A stretch of 64,000 nt of DNA. Origin: Clostridia bacterium (GTDB taxonomy: Bacteria; Bacillota; Clostridia; UBA1381; UMGS1253). Positions 55,201 through 63,536 of the stretch are shown here, one piece after another. A program made the position numbers and the translations under genes. Position 1 is the stretch's first letter. Each line of letters opens with the position of its first letter. The stretch lies in assembly GCA_045546315.1 (NCBI GenBank), contig JAZQCN010000091.1:98035-162034 (forward strand). Direction: 5' to 3'. The notes under the pieces are model-generated. The model was not told where the DNA came from and searched no databases. It saw only the letters and a program-made list of their open reading frames with translations.

Positions 55201-56039
55201 TATTTATCCTCCTTCCAAAACAGCAGCTTGCGCGCCTTCTTTACCGGCTTATCGGTAGAAAATGCCTTAATAATTGCACGGCGCAGCGTTTCCTTCGTTA
55301 AGTTTCTTGTTAAATCGCCGTTTAAGGCAATCGAAATTTTGCCCGTTTCCTCGCTGACAACAACGACAATAGCATCCGAATTTTCCGAAAGACCGATTGC
55401 CGCACGGTGGCGTGTACCCAGTTCCTTCGACAAATCGCTCTTCGCCGTCAGCGGCAAAACGCAGCCTGCAGCCAAAATACGGTTGCTGCCGATAATAACC
55501 GCACCGTCGTGCAGCGGCGTATTCGGCACAAAAATATTGACCAGAAGCTCAGCCGTTACCTGCGCGGAAAGCGGGGTGCCGCCTGCGGCAATGTCGCCGA
55601 GCTTTGTAATACGCTCCAGGCAAATCAAAGCGCCGACCTTATTTTGCGATAAGCTGCTCGCCGCCATGCTGACTTGCTCTGCCAGCTCCTCAACGCCGGT
55701 ATACTGACGGTTGGTAAAGCCGAAAATTCTGCCCCACGCCCCGTGACCGATTTGCTCAAGTGCACGGCGAAGCTCCGGCTGAAACACGATTAAAAGCGCA
55801 ATCAAGCCCAGCTGCAGCGTCTGCTGCAATATGTACTGCAGCGTATTAAACCGAAGCCATGTGCTGAGCAAAAACAGCACCACCAGCACCAAAACGCCCT
55901 TGATAAGCTGTACGGCGCGCGTTTCACGAATCAAGCGAATTGCCCAGTAAACAATGACGGCAACAATCGCGACATCAATAAAATCAGAAATACGGATAAT
56001 TGATAAAAATCTCGACACGGACTCTATAAATTCAGCCAT
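55200..56039 (-). CDS. cdaA: Diadenylate cyclase CdaA
   Basis: Start at ATG 56039 (MAEFIESV) after GGGGAGG. Three TM helices. DAC domain with LHDGAVII and GTRHRAAIG. Confidence 0.9.
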   Translation of the reverse strand: MAEFIESVSRFLSIIRISDFIDVAIVAVIVYWAIRLIRETRAVQLIKGVLVLVVLFLLSTWLRFNTLQYILQQTLQLGLIALLIVFQPELRRALEQIGHGAWGRIFGFTNRQYTGVEELAEQVSMAASSLSQNKVGALICLERITKLGDIAAGGTPLSAQVTAELLVNIFVPNTPLHDGAVIIGSNRILAAGCVLPLTAKSDLSKELGTRHRAAIGLSENSDAIVVVVSEETGKISIALNGDLTRNLTKETLRRAIIKAFSTDKPVKKARKLLFWKEDK

Positions 56040-56144
56040 TCCTTCAACCTCCCCTACGGTCGATATCCTTCTAATTTTATTATACAACTTTTCCGTTTTA
56101 ATTTCTACCCCTTTTTGCGTTTATTTTAAATTTTTTCTCTACAC

Positions 56145-56173
56145 TTGCCAACCGAAGATTTTTGTAGTACAAT
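56145..56173 (+). promoter_or_regulatory. Candidate promoter of pdxK and the ECF S-component
   Basis: TTGCCA-17 nt-TACAAT. Confidence 0.5.
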
Positions 56174-56219
56174 AATGCAGAAAGGATAGAAAAAAATCCG
56201 AAAGTGAGGTGTGCCCAAA

Positions 56220-57083
56220 ATGTACGATATTCCGAAAATCGCGGCTGTACACGATTTGTCCGGCTACGGAAGATGCTCTCTTTCCGTTGTAATGCCGGTG
56301 CTCTCCGCAATGGGAATGCAGGTCTGCCCGATGCCGACCGCCGTACTCTCTACGCACACCGGCGGCTTTGACGGCTATACCTTTGTCGATTTAACCGACA
56401 CTATGACCGACTACTATAAGCACTGGCGCAGCTTAAATATCCAATTCGACTGCATTTATTCCGGCTTTCTCGGCTCAGCAAGACAGGTGGACATCATTTC
56501 TGATATGCTTGACGCCTTTGCAGCGGCAAAGCCGCTCGTTGTAGTCGATCCCGCCTTTGCAGACGACGGCGCGCTTTATTCCACCTTTGACACGGAATTT
56601 GTGCCGCATATGAAGCGCCTGGTTGCCAAGGCGCATACAATTACGCCGAATATTACCGAAGCAGCCTTCCTGCTCGGACGGGAGCTTCCCAAAACACTGA
56701 CCAACGAAGAAGCGCGCGAATGGCTGCGTGCGCTGGCAGATTCAGGACCGGAAACGGTTATCATCACCAGTGCGCCGCTCAAGGATTGCAAAAGCAGCGT
56801 GATTGCCTATGAAAAAGCAAAGAACCGCTACTGTCAGCTCGCCTGCGAATATATTCCGGCAGAGTATCCGGGCACGGGCGATACCTTTGCCAGTGTGCTG
56901 ACCGGTGCGCTTTTGCAGAAAAACGATGTGCCTATGGCGATAACGCGCGCGGTCGATTTCGTTTCAAACTGCATCCGCGCGACCTTCGAGGCCGGCTGCA
57001 CCCCGCGCGACGGTGTGCTCTTGGAAAAATATCTGCACACGCTCGCCATCACGCCGGAAAGCCCGGCATGTAAGACTCTGTAG
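56220..57083 (+). CDS. pdxK: Pyridoxal/pyridoxamine kinase (ribokinase superfamily)
   Basis: Start at ATG 56220 (MYDIPKIAAVHDLSGYGRCSL) after GTGAGGTG. C-terminal GTGDTFAS anion-hole motif. Confidence 0.8.
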   Translation: MYDIPKIAAVHDLSGYGRCSLSVVMPVLSAMGMQVCPMPTAVLSTHTGGFDGYTFVDLTDTMTDYYKHWRSLNIQFDCIYSGFLGSARQVDIISDMLDAFAAAKPLVVVDPAFADDGALYSTFDTEFVPHMKRLVAKAHTITPNITEAAFLLGRELPKTLTNEEAREWLRALADSGPETVIITSAPLKDCKSSVIAYEKAKNRYCQLACEYIPAEYPGTGDTFASVLTGALLQKNDVPMAITRAVDFVSNCIRATFEAGCTPRDGVLLEKYLHTLAITPESPACKTL

Positions 57084-57094
57084 AGGTGATAAAA

Positions 57095-57601
57095 ATGCAA
57101 ACATCCACGAAAAAACTGACCTTTGCTGCCATTATGGCGGCGCTGACCTTTATCGCTACGCGCTTTACGCAGTTTCCCATCGGCGCGCTTGGCTATGTGC
57201 ACGCAGGCGACGCAGTCGTACTTTTATGCGCGTTTATCCCCGGCGGTGGCTATGGCGTCGCGGCAGCGGGTATCGGCTCGATGCTTGCCGACTTAACCAG
57301 CGGCTATGCAATTTATGCCCTGCCCACACTGATCATCAAAGCGCTGATGTGCCTTTGCGTACTCGGCATTGCCGACAAGGAAAAGCCGCTTTCTATACGC
57401 ACCGTACTCGGTATGGTGCTCGGCTGCATCGTCATGATGCTCGGCTATTTCGTTTTCGACTATTTCTTTATGGGCTACCGCGAGCTTGCCGTGCTGCAAA
57501 TGATTTTTGCAAGCTGGACGCAGGCGCTGTTCGGCTGCATCGCGGCGTTCCTTTTGTTGATTGCGCTGGTAAAAGCAAAAGTATTGAAAGCTTTCAAATA
57601 A
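57095..57601 (+). CDS. ECF-transporter substrate-specific (S) component, possibly vitamin-B6-related
   Basis: Start at ATG 57095 after GAGGTGA. 168 aa with ~5-6 TM helices. 11 nt downstream of pdxK. The substrate is inferred only from this adjacency. Confidence 0.6.
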   Translation: MQTSTKKLTFAAIMAALTFIATRFTQFPIGALGYVHAGDAVVLLCAFIPGGGYGVAAAGIGSMLADLTSGYAIYALPTLIIKALMCLCVLGIADKEKPLSIRTVLGMVLGCIVMMLGYFVFDYFFMGYRELAVLQMIFASWTQALFGCIAAFLLLIALVKAKVLKAFK

Positions 57602-57603
57602 AA

Positions 57604-57640
57604 AATAAACGGAATTTTCAAAATTCCGTTTATTTTTTTG
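57604..57640 (+). terminator. Rho-independent terminator
   Basis: AAACGGAATTT-TCA-AAATTCCGTTT followed by ATTTTTTT. Confidence 0.7.
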
Positions 57641-57716
57641 TTTAAGCCCTTGCAAATGGTGGTATATATAAATACAGGGAATTTTTCCCGACTACACAGG
57701 CAAGGAGATGACAGGT

Positions 57717-58247
57717 ATGAAGTTTATTATCACCGGAAGAAAAATTGATGTAACGGAAGGCATGAAGGACAGAATCTACAAGCGTCTCGGCAAGCTTGAG
57801 AAATATTTTAAAGGCGAGCCGGAAGCAAAGGTAACCATCCGCACCGTAAAGGACGACCAAATCATCGAAGCCACCATTTACGACAACGGCGTAATGTACA
57901 GAGCAGAAGAAAGAGATGCCGACCTGTACGCCGCAATCGACAAAATCGTAGATGTCATTGAGCGCCAGCTCAGAAAACATAAAACGCATCTGGAAAAGAA
58001 GCTTAAAAAAGGCGCTTTCGATATGCCGTATGAAGGTATGCTGCCGATAGAAGAGGAAAAAGAGCTGAAGGTCGTGAAGGTAAAGCGCTTTGCCTTCAAG
58101 CCGATGAGCGTCGAAGAAGCCATTTTGCAAATGGAGCTTTTGGGGCATAACTTCTTCGTGTTTGACAATGCCGACGACGGCGATGTCATCAGCATTGTTT
58201 ATAAGAGAAAAGACGGTAAATATGCTTTAATTGAGCAGGAAGAATAA
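57717..58247 (+). CDS. hpf: Ribosome hibernation promoting factor (long form)
   Basis: Start at ATG 57717 (MKFIITGRKIDVTEGMK), 9 nt after AAGGAG. C-terminal dimerisation domain (KRFAFKPMSVEEAILQMELLGHNFFVF). Confidence 0.9.
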   Translation: MKFIITGRKIDVTEGMKDRIYKRLGKLEKYFKGEPEAKVTIRTVKDDQIIEATIYDNGVMYRAEERDADLYAAIDKIVDVIERQLRKHKTHLEKKLKKGAFDMPYEGMLPIEEEKELKVVKVKRFAFKPMSVEEAILQMELLGHNFFVFDNADDGDVISIVYKRKDGKYALIEQEE

Positions 58248-58298
58248 TAAGTGCGTTTAAAAAAACGCACAGTGATATTCGCTAGCAGGAAATGTTAT

Positions 58299-58336
58299 GA
58301 AAAAAAGGTCGTCTCCACGGAGACGACCTTTTTTTG
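58299..58336. terminator. Bidirectional terminator between hpf and the AEC transporter gene
   Basis: AAAAAA-GGTCGTCTCC-AC-GGAGACGACC-TTTTTTT. Confidence 0.75.
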
Positions 58337-58361
58337 TATACAAAAACACACTATAAATTTC

Positions 58362-59300
58362 TTACAATACCCCAATCAAATCCAAGCCGAACACAAACAA
58401 AAATACCGTAAAGATACAAAAGGCGGTTGTGGCGGCGACAATCTGCCCGGCGAGGGCATCGTCTGCGCCCATTTGCTGCGCCATCGCGTAGGACGAAACG
58501 GCTGTCGGTGATGCAAAAACGGACAAAAGAATTGCAATATCCGCCCCGCGAAAGCCCAACAAAATCGCAATGGCTAAAAACACCAGCGGCACAAAAACAA
58601 GTCTTGCCGCAGTAACGAGCAGCACGCGCACGGAGTTTGCCCTTAAAAGCGCAAAATCCAGCGAAGCACCAAGCACAATCAGCGCAAGCGGCGTCGCAAT
58701 TTTTGCCACATCGGAAACCGCCGTTTCCGCAAACTTCGGCAGCTTCAAACCGGTGGCAGTACACAAAATACCGAGCGCCGAGGCGATAATGAGCGGATTG
58801 GTTACAATACCCTTTAAAATCTTTTTGATATCCGGTCTGCCATGGCGGAACACTTCCAGGGATATCACCGCCAGGAGATTAAACAGCGGCACAACGAATG
58901 CCACAGTAACAGCAACCTCGCCTGCGACGGCATCCCCCATCAGCGCCGTTGTCAGCGGCACACCGAATATAACGAAATTGCTTCGGAAAATGCCCTGAAT
59001 CATCGCGCCGCGGCGACGGTTGTCCTTTTCTATAAGCGGCACTACAAGCACCAGCGCAACAAACAACGCCAAAACGCCGAGCACGGAAAACAAAATCAGC
59101 TTGCCGTCAAACGCTTCCGAAAGCGAAGATTTATATACATTATAAAAAATCAGCGGCGGCAAAAACACTTTAAAAATCAAGGTGTTTAATTTTTTGTAGG
59201 TTGCCTCATCCATCAGCTCTGTTTTTCGAAGCAGAACACCCAAAACCATCAAAATCAACAACGGTGCAATCACCTGTGCCGCCATTAAAAAGCTACCCAA
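58362..59300 (-). CDS. AEC (auxin efflux carrier) family transporter
   Basis: 312 aa, ~10 TM helices. The start is ambiguous (TTG 59300 or ATG 59285). Confidence 0.8.
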   Translation of the reverse strand: MGSFLMAAQVIAPLLILMVLGVLLRKTELMDEATYKKLNTLIFKVFLPPLIFYNVYKSSLSEAFDGKLILFSVLGVLALFVALVLVVPLIEKDNRRRGAMIQGIFRSNFVIFGVPLTTALMGDAVAGEVAVTVAFVVPLFNLLAVISLEVFRHGRPDIKKILKGIVTNPLIIASALGILCTATGLKLPKFAETAVSDVAKIATPLALIVLGASLDFALLRANSVRVLLVTAARLVFVPLVFLAIAILLGFRGADIAILLSVFASPTAVSSYAMAQQMGADDALAGQIVAATTAFCIFTVFLFVFGLDLIGVL

Positions 59301-59301
59301 A

Positions 59302-60024
59302 CTATTTCATCCTCTCTATAACGACCCGCCGTGCCGCCTCTGCCGCCCCATCGTCAAGCGGCGCAAGCTCAGCTTCCCCGTATTTCTTTTCCAGTGCCTT
59401 TTTCAAAAGAAAATCCGCAAGCGCAGGATTCTTCGGCAGAATCGGACCGTGCATATATGTGCCAATTGTGTTTTTATACCAAACGCCGTCTGAAAGGTCC
59501 ACAGCATTGCCGTAGCCGGACAGAACGCGGCCGAAGGGCGCGTTTGCCTTAATATCCGTTTTTCCCGTATGATGCTCAAAGCCGACCAAAACAACTGTTT
59601 CCTCGTCAAGGTCTGCCTCTACGACAAAATGCCCGATGAAGCGCGCATCGCTTGCATAAGTATCAACATCCAGAACACCGAAGCCATCTACATGCTCGCC
59701 GTCTGCCTCGTAAAAATTGCCGAGCAGCTGATAGCCTGCCCCGATTGCGAGCAGCACACCGCCGCCCTCGACATAGTCCTGCAGCGGCCGGACAAGCTTA
59801 TCCTTATAGGTGCTGACCTGCTTTTGCGCCTGCGCCGAGCCCGTGCCGAAAAGCACGATATCCGCATCCGAAAAATCGGGCGCATCCCCTGCGCAAACCG
59901 TGCGCACCTGCACGCCAATGCCGCGCCACGCACAGCGCTTTTCAAGCACCGCTACATTGCCGCGGTCGGCATAGACATCCAAAAGGTCGGGATATAAATG
60001 ACAGATAACCAAGCTTTTTTCCAT
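59302..60024 (-). CDS. gatD: GatD-like CobQ/CobB-type glutamine amidotransferase subunit (partner of MurT)
   Basis: 240 aa, one nt downstream of murT. Contains YADRGN, GTYMHGPILPKN (catalytic His region) and the elbow LLAIGAGYQLLG, which has Gly where Cys is expected. Confidence 0.8.
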   Translation of the reverse strand: MEKSLVICHLYPDLLDVYADRGNVAVLEKRCAWRGIGVQVRTVCAGDAPDFSDADIVLFGTGSAQAQKQVSTYKDKLVRPLQDYVEGGGVLLAIGAGYQLLGNFYEADGEHVDGFGVLDVDTYASDARFIGHFVVEADLDEETVVLVGFEHHTGKTDIKANAPFGRVLSGYGNAVDLSDGVWYKNTIGTYMHGPILPKNPALADFLLKKALEKKYGEAELAPLDDGAAEAARRVVIERMK

Positions 60025-60025
60025 A

Positions 60026-61381
60026 CTATCTGCCCCCCTCCTTCTCCAACTTTTCCAGCTTTTCGAGTGCCAGATACGCCGGATACATCGCCGTGTAGTT
60101 CACGAGCGCGTAGCCAATCGGCGCGCTGCCTGCAGTCAAAAGCAAAGCAGCCGCATCACCATTCGGCTCTGCAATCAGCTTCTCCGTCGGAATGCCCGCA
60201 TACTGCAGGCGCAAATATGCATCGTAGCAGCGCGTGCCGCTCAGAATGATACGGTCAATATTACAAGCTGCAAACGCTTCAAAATCCACATCCCAAATCC
60301 AGGACACATCCTCCCCGTCGCCCGGGGCATCGTTAATCGCTACCCAAACATCCTTTTGGCGCGCATCGTTTAACACCGTCATCACCGACTGGTTAAAGCC
60401 TGCCGGATTTTTCGACAAAATCAGATACGCTGTCTTACCGCCGACGGCAAACCGGCTCATGCGTCCCGGCTCCGGCTTTTGCGCGTTAAACACCTCCGCA
60501 CAAACCTGCTCGGAAATACCGACCGCACGCATCGCAGTCGTCGCCATCAGAATATTATAAATATTATAAATACCCGTAATCGGCGTTTGCACCGCAATTT
60601 CGCCTGCTTTAAAGCGCAGTGTACCCGCCTGCAGCTCTATCTCGCTTGCCAAAACCGCCGCCTGCGGGTTTTCATAGCCGCAGCCGTTGCAGCGATATCT
60701 GCCGATTTTATCATAACAATAATAATCGTATGTCAGCGGTGCCCCGCAAAGTGCACAAGCCTCACCTGCGTGCTTTTCCTTGCATCGGCGCAGCGCAAGC
60801 GCTTCACCGATACCATAGTACACCGCCTTCTTCCCCTGCCCGAAGGTCGAGGTCAGCGGGTCGTCGGCATTTAATACATAGGTTGCCTCCGGCGCAAGTG
60901 CAAAAGCCTCGCCTAAAAGCTTCGCCGTCGCATCGACCTCACCGTAGCGGTCAAGCTGGTCGCAAAACAGATTCGTTACCACAACCACATCCGGCGTAAA
61001 CGCGCGAAAAGCGTGGCGCAGATATGCCTCGTCAATTTCAAAGCAGGCATACTCCGCCTGCAGCTTACCCGAAAGGGATGCCGCATCGGCAAACGCTGCA
61101 GCAATGCCGGTAAGCATATTCGCACCGCCGCTGTTGCAAACGCAGCTTTTGCCCGCCTTCGTCAGGCAGGTATACATTAAATTGTTCGTGCTTGTCTTGC
61201 CATTCGTGCCGCAGGTCACAATAATCTCATCGCGCACCTGCTTTGCCATCCTCGAAAGAAAGTCCGGGCAAAGCTTTTGTGCGACCTTGCCGGGCAGAGT
61301 CGTAGCGCGCGAGCCGATAAGGCGGCACACTGCCTTGGCAAGCTTTGCTGCACCTACGGCGAAAGCCAGTCGAATTTGCAT
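60026..61381 (-). CDS. murT: Lipid II isoglutaminyl synthase subunit MurT (Mur-ligase family)
   Basis: CGTNGKTST P-loop. Cys4 ribbon CALCGAPL...CNGCG. C-terminal DUF1727-like segment. Confidence 0.85.
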   Translation of the reverse strand: MQIRLAFAVGAAKLAKAVCRLIGSRATTLPGKVAQKLCPDFLSRMAKQVRDEIIVTCGTNGKTSTNNLMYTCLTKAGKSCVCNSGGANMLTGIAAAFADAASLSGKLQAEYACFEIDEAYLRHAFRAFTPDVVVVTNLFCDQLDRYGEVDATAKLLGEAFALAPEATYVLNADDPLTSTFGQGKKAVYYGIGEALALRRCKEKHAGEACALCGAPLTYDYYCYDKIGRYRCNGCGYENPQAAVLASEIELQAGTLRFKAGEIAVQTPITGIYNIYNILMATTAMRAVGISEQVCAEVFNAQKPEPGRMSRFAVGGKTAYLILSKNPAGFNQSVMTVLNDARQKDVWVAINDAPGDGEDVSWIWDVDFEAFAACNIDRIILSGTRCYDAYLRLQYAGIPTEKLIAEPNGDAAALLLTAGSAPIGYALVNYTAMYPAYLALEKLEKLEKEGGR

Positions 61382-61546
61382 ATAGCAAAACCTCTTTTAA
61401 CTATTATATCTTTATTATTTTACCACATTTTTCAAAGCTTGTACATAAAATTTAATAAATTTTAGGTTCGATTTTTAGTGTCCTTGCGCGCACGCGCCAT
61501 ACTTATTTACATTCTTATCATTCTTTACATTATTACGATGTGGTCA

Positions 61547-61579
61547 TTTGATTGTTGTTTGATTGTTGTTTGATTGCTC
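61547..61579. repeat. 11-nt tandem repeat, three copies
   Basis: TTTGATTGTTG TTTGATTGTTG TTTGATTGCTC. Confidence 0.8.
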
Positions 61580-61655
61580 GTCCTCCCGCCAGTCAACCGC
61601 ACAAATGCAGTAAAATCAAGACTTTGCGGTGTGTTTTTTGTTTGTGATTTGTTTG

Positions 61656-61684
61656 TTGCTATTTTTGTAAAACTGTGATACAAT
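61656..61684 (+). promoter_or_regulatory. Candidate promoter of the EamA transporter gene
   Basis: TTGCTA-17 nt-(TGA)TACAAT, an extended -10. Confidence 0.45.
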
Positions 61685-61716
61685 AGGCAAGACATTAACT
61701 AAGGAGTGTTTTACAT

Positions 61717-62661
61717 ATGGAAAAGAAAAAAAGCATTTTAACCAAGCCGTGGCTTGTGGCAATTTTAGCAATGTTTTGCTGTGCCCTCTGGGGCAGCGCA
61801 ACGCCGTTTATCAAAATCGGCTATGAGCTGGCAATGCCGGGCAGAGATTTGATGCCGACCTTCGAAAAAATCACCTCAACAATTTTGTTTGCAGGTCTGC
61901 GCTTTACACTTGCCGGCATTCTGACCGTTTTGATTTACAGCATCGGCAGAAAAAAGTTTTTACTGCCGCAGAAGCACAACTGGGATAAGGTGCTCAAAAT
62001 CAGCGCCTTCCAAACCGTGCTGCAGTACTTTTTCTTCTACATCGGTCTTTCCTACACGACCGGTGTGAAGGGTACGGTCATCACCGGCGGCTGCAATGTC
62101 TTTTTCTCGATTTTGATTGCAAGCCTGCTCTTCCGCCAGGAAAAGCTGACCTTTAAAAAGATTTTTGCCTGCCTGATCGGCTTTGCAGGCGTCATTTTAA
62201 TCAATCTCAACGGACTCGAGCTTTCCTTCAACTTCTTCGGCGACGGCTTCGCGCTGATTTCGTCGATTTGCTATGCCATGTCGTCTTCGCTTGTAAAGAT
62301 TTACTCCAAAGACGAGGACCCGGTCATCTTAAGCGGATGGCAGTTTATCATCGGCGGCATCGTGATGGTAGTGATTGCACTGTGCCTCGGCGGTCATGTT
62401 GACCTTGGCAGCCTTTCCGCCATCGGCGTGCTGTTATACCTGTCTGCACTCTCTGCCGTGGCATATTCTCTGTGGGGTATGCTTTTAAAGCACAACCCGG
62501 TATCCAAGGTTTCGATTTACAGCTTTATGACACCAGTATTCGGCGTGCTTTTATCCGTACTGATGCTCAGCGAGCAGAGCGCTGCAACGCCGCTGCAGCT
62601 GGTAGTCACCCTCGTTTTAATCTGCACGGGTATTCTGATTGTAAATTATAAAAAGGATTGA
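61717..62661 (+). CDS. DMT-superfamily (EamA-type) transporter
   Basis: AAGGAG RBS. 314 aa, 10 TM helices in two EamA-like halves. Confidence 0.85.
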   Translation: MEKKKSILTKPWLVAILAMFCCALWGSATPFIKIGYELAMPGRDLMPTFEKITSTILFAGLRFTLAGILTVLIYSIGRKKFLLPQKHNWDKVLKISAFQTVLQYFFFYIGLSYTTGVKGTVITGGCNVFFSILIASLLFRQEKLTFKKIFACLIGFAGVILINLNGLELSFNFFGDGFALISSICYAMSSSLVKIYSKDEDPVILSGWQFIIGGIVMVVIALCLGGHVDLGSLSAIGVLLYLSALSAVAYSLWGMLLKHNPVSKVSIYSFMTPVFGVLLSVLMLSEQSAATPLQLVVTLVLICTGILIVNYKKD

Positions 62662-62666
62662 TTTTA

Positions 62667-63503
62667 ATGCAAACCGAGGAGCTCATTTATTGTATGCACT
62701 GCGGTGCGGCGAATAAAAAAAGCGCCGTCACCTGCGCTGAATGTAAAAAAAAGCTGAGTCGCAAGGGCTCGCCCTTTGCCGATTATTTAAAAGACCATAT
62801 CAAAGACGATTTGCAGGACCGCGTAAAGGACAATCTGTTTTCAATTTTAAAAAACTTCCTGCTTTCGCACCTGTACGGTGCAGTGCTGGCACTGTGCGTT
62901 ATTGCGACTGTCGGCATGAGCATTTATGCCGCCAAGCCGCCGCAGGGCGTAGAGTCTGTACGCCTACACCCGGATGCCGCAGCGACGCTTGCGCAGCAGG
63001 AGGATGCAGCTTTGCCGGCTTCTGTCGACAAGGAAGCAATTTTCTATGCCTTAGACGAGCTGATGGACAGCTACGATTTGTATGTAGATTCCCAAACCGG
63101 CGGACCGGGCACCTCGCCTACGGTTACGCGCCCGACGGATGATATATTTGCACAGCCTTACCTACCGGCTTATGCATCCGCAGAGCCGCATGATTTTATA
63201 AATTCTGAATTTTACACCATGCGTCCGCCGGCAAACGAGATTGGCTATCAGGGCGGCGCTATGCTGCGCTTTGATTCCATGCGCTATGGCAAAGACTGCC
63301 GAACCGATTTGTCAAAGCGTCTGCAAGCTGACGGCTATACTACAACAGAAATCAACTGCGTCGCCTTTTGGACGCCGGACGCAGAGCGCGTTGCACCAAT
63401 GGAAGACATTATTGCGGATGCAATCTTTTTGGAAGAGTACCTCTTCACATTTGTCGAAATTGATGGCACTTGGTATATTGCAAGTGATACTCGTCTTAAA
63501 TAA
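62667..63503 (+). CDS. Zinc-ribbon membrane-anchored protein of unknown function
   Basis: Start at ATG 62667 (MQTEELIYCMHCGAANKKSAVTCAECKKK), a CxxC...CxxC ribbon. One TM helix (LYGAVLALCVIATVGMSIY) and a ~190-aa extracytoplasmic domain. Confidence 0.7.
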   Translation: MQTEELIYCMHCGAANKKSAVTCAECKKKLSRKGSPFADYLKDHIKDDLQDRVKDNLFSILKNFLLSHLYGAVLALCVIATVGMSIYAAKPPQGVESVRLHPDAAATLAQQEDAALPASVDKEAIFYALDELMDSYDLYVDSQTGGPGTSPTVTRPTDDIFAQPYLPAYASAEPHDFINSEFYTMRPPANEIGYQGGAMLRFDSMRYGKDCRTDLSKRLQADGYTTTEINCVAFWTPDAERVAPMEDIIADAIFLEEYLFTFVEIDGTWYIASDTRLK

Positions 63504-63536
63504 ACTTGCCGCAAATGCGGTGGAACGGAGAAGCCT

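Noticed and set aside
58251-58270. The hairpin GTGCGTTT-AAAA-AAACGCAC right after the hpf stop, as a terminator.
   Set aside because: No U-run follows on either strand. The strong bidirectional terminator at 58299-58336 accounts for termination. This may be a 3' stabilising stem at most.
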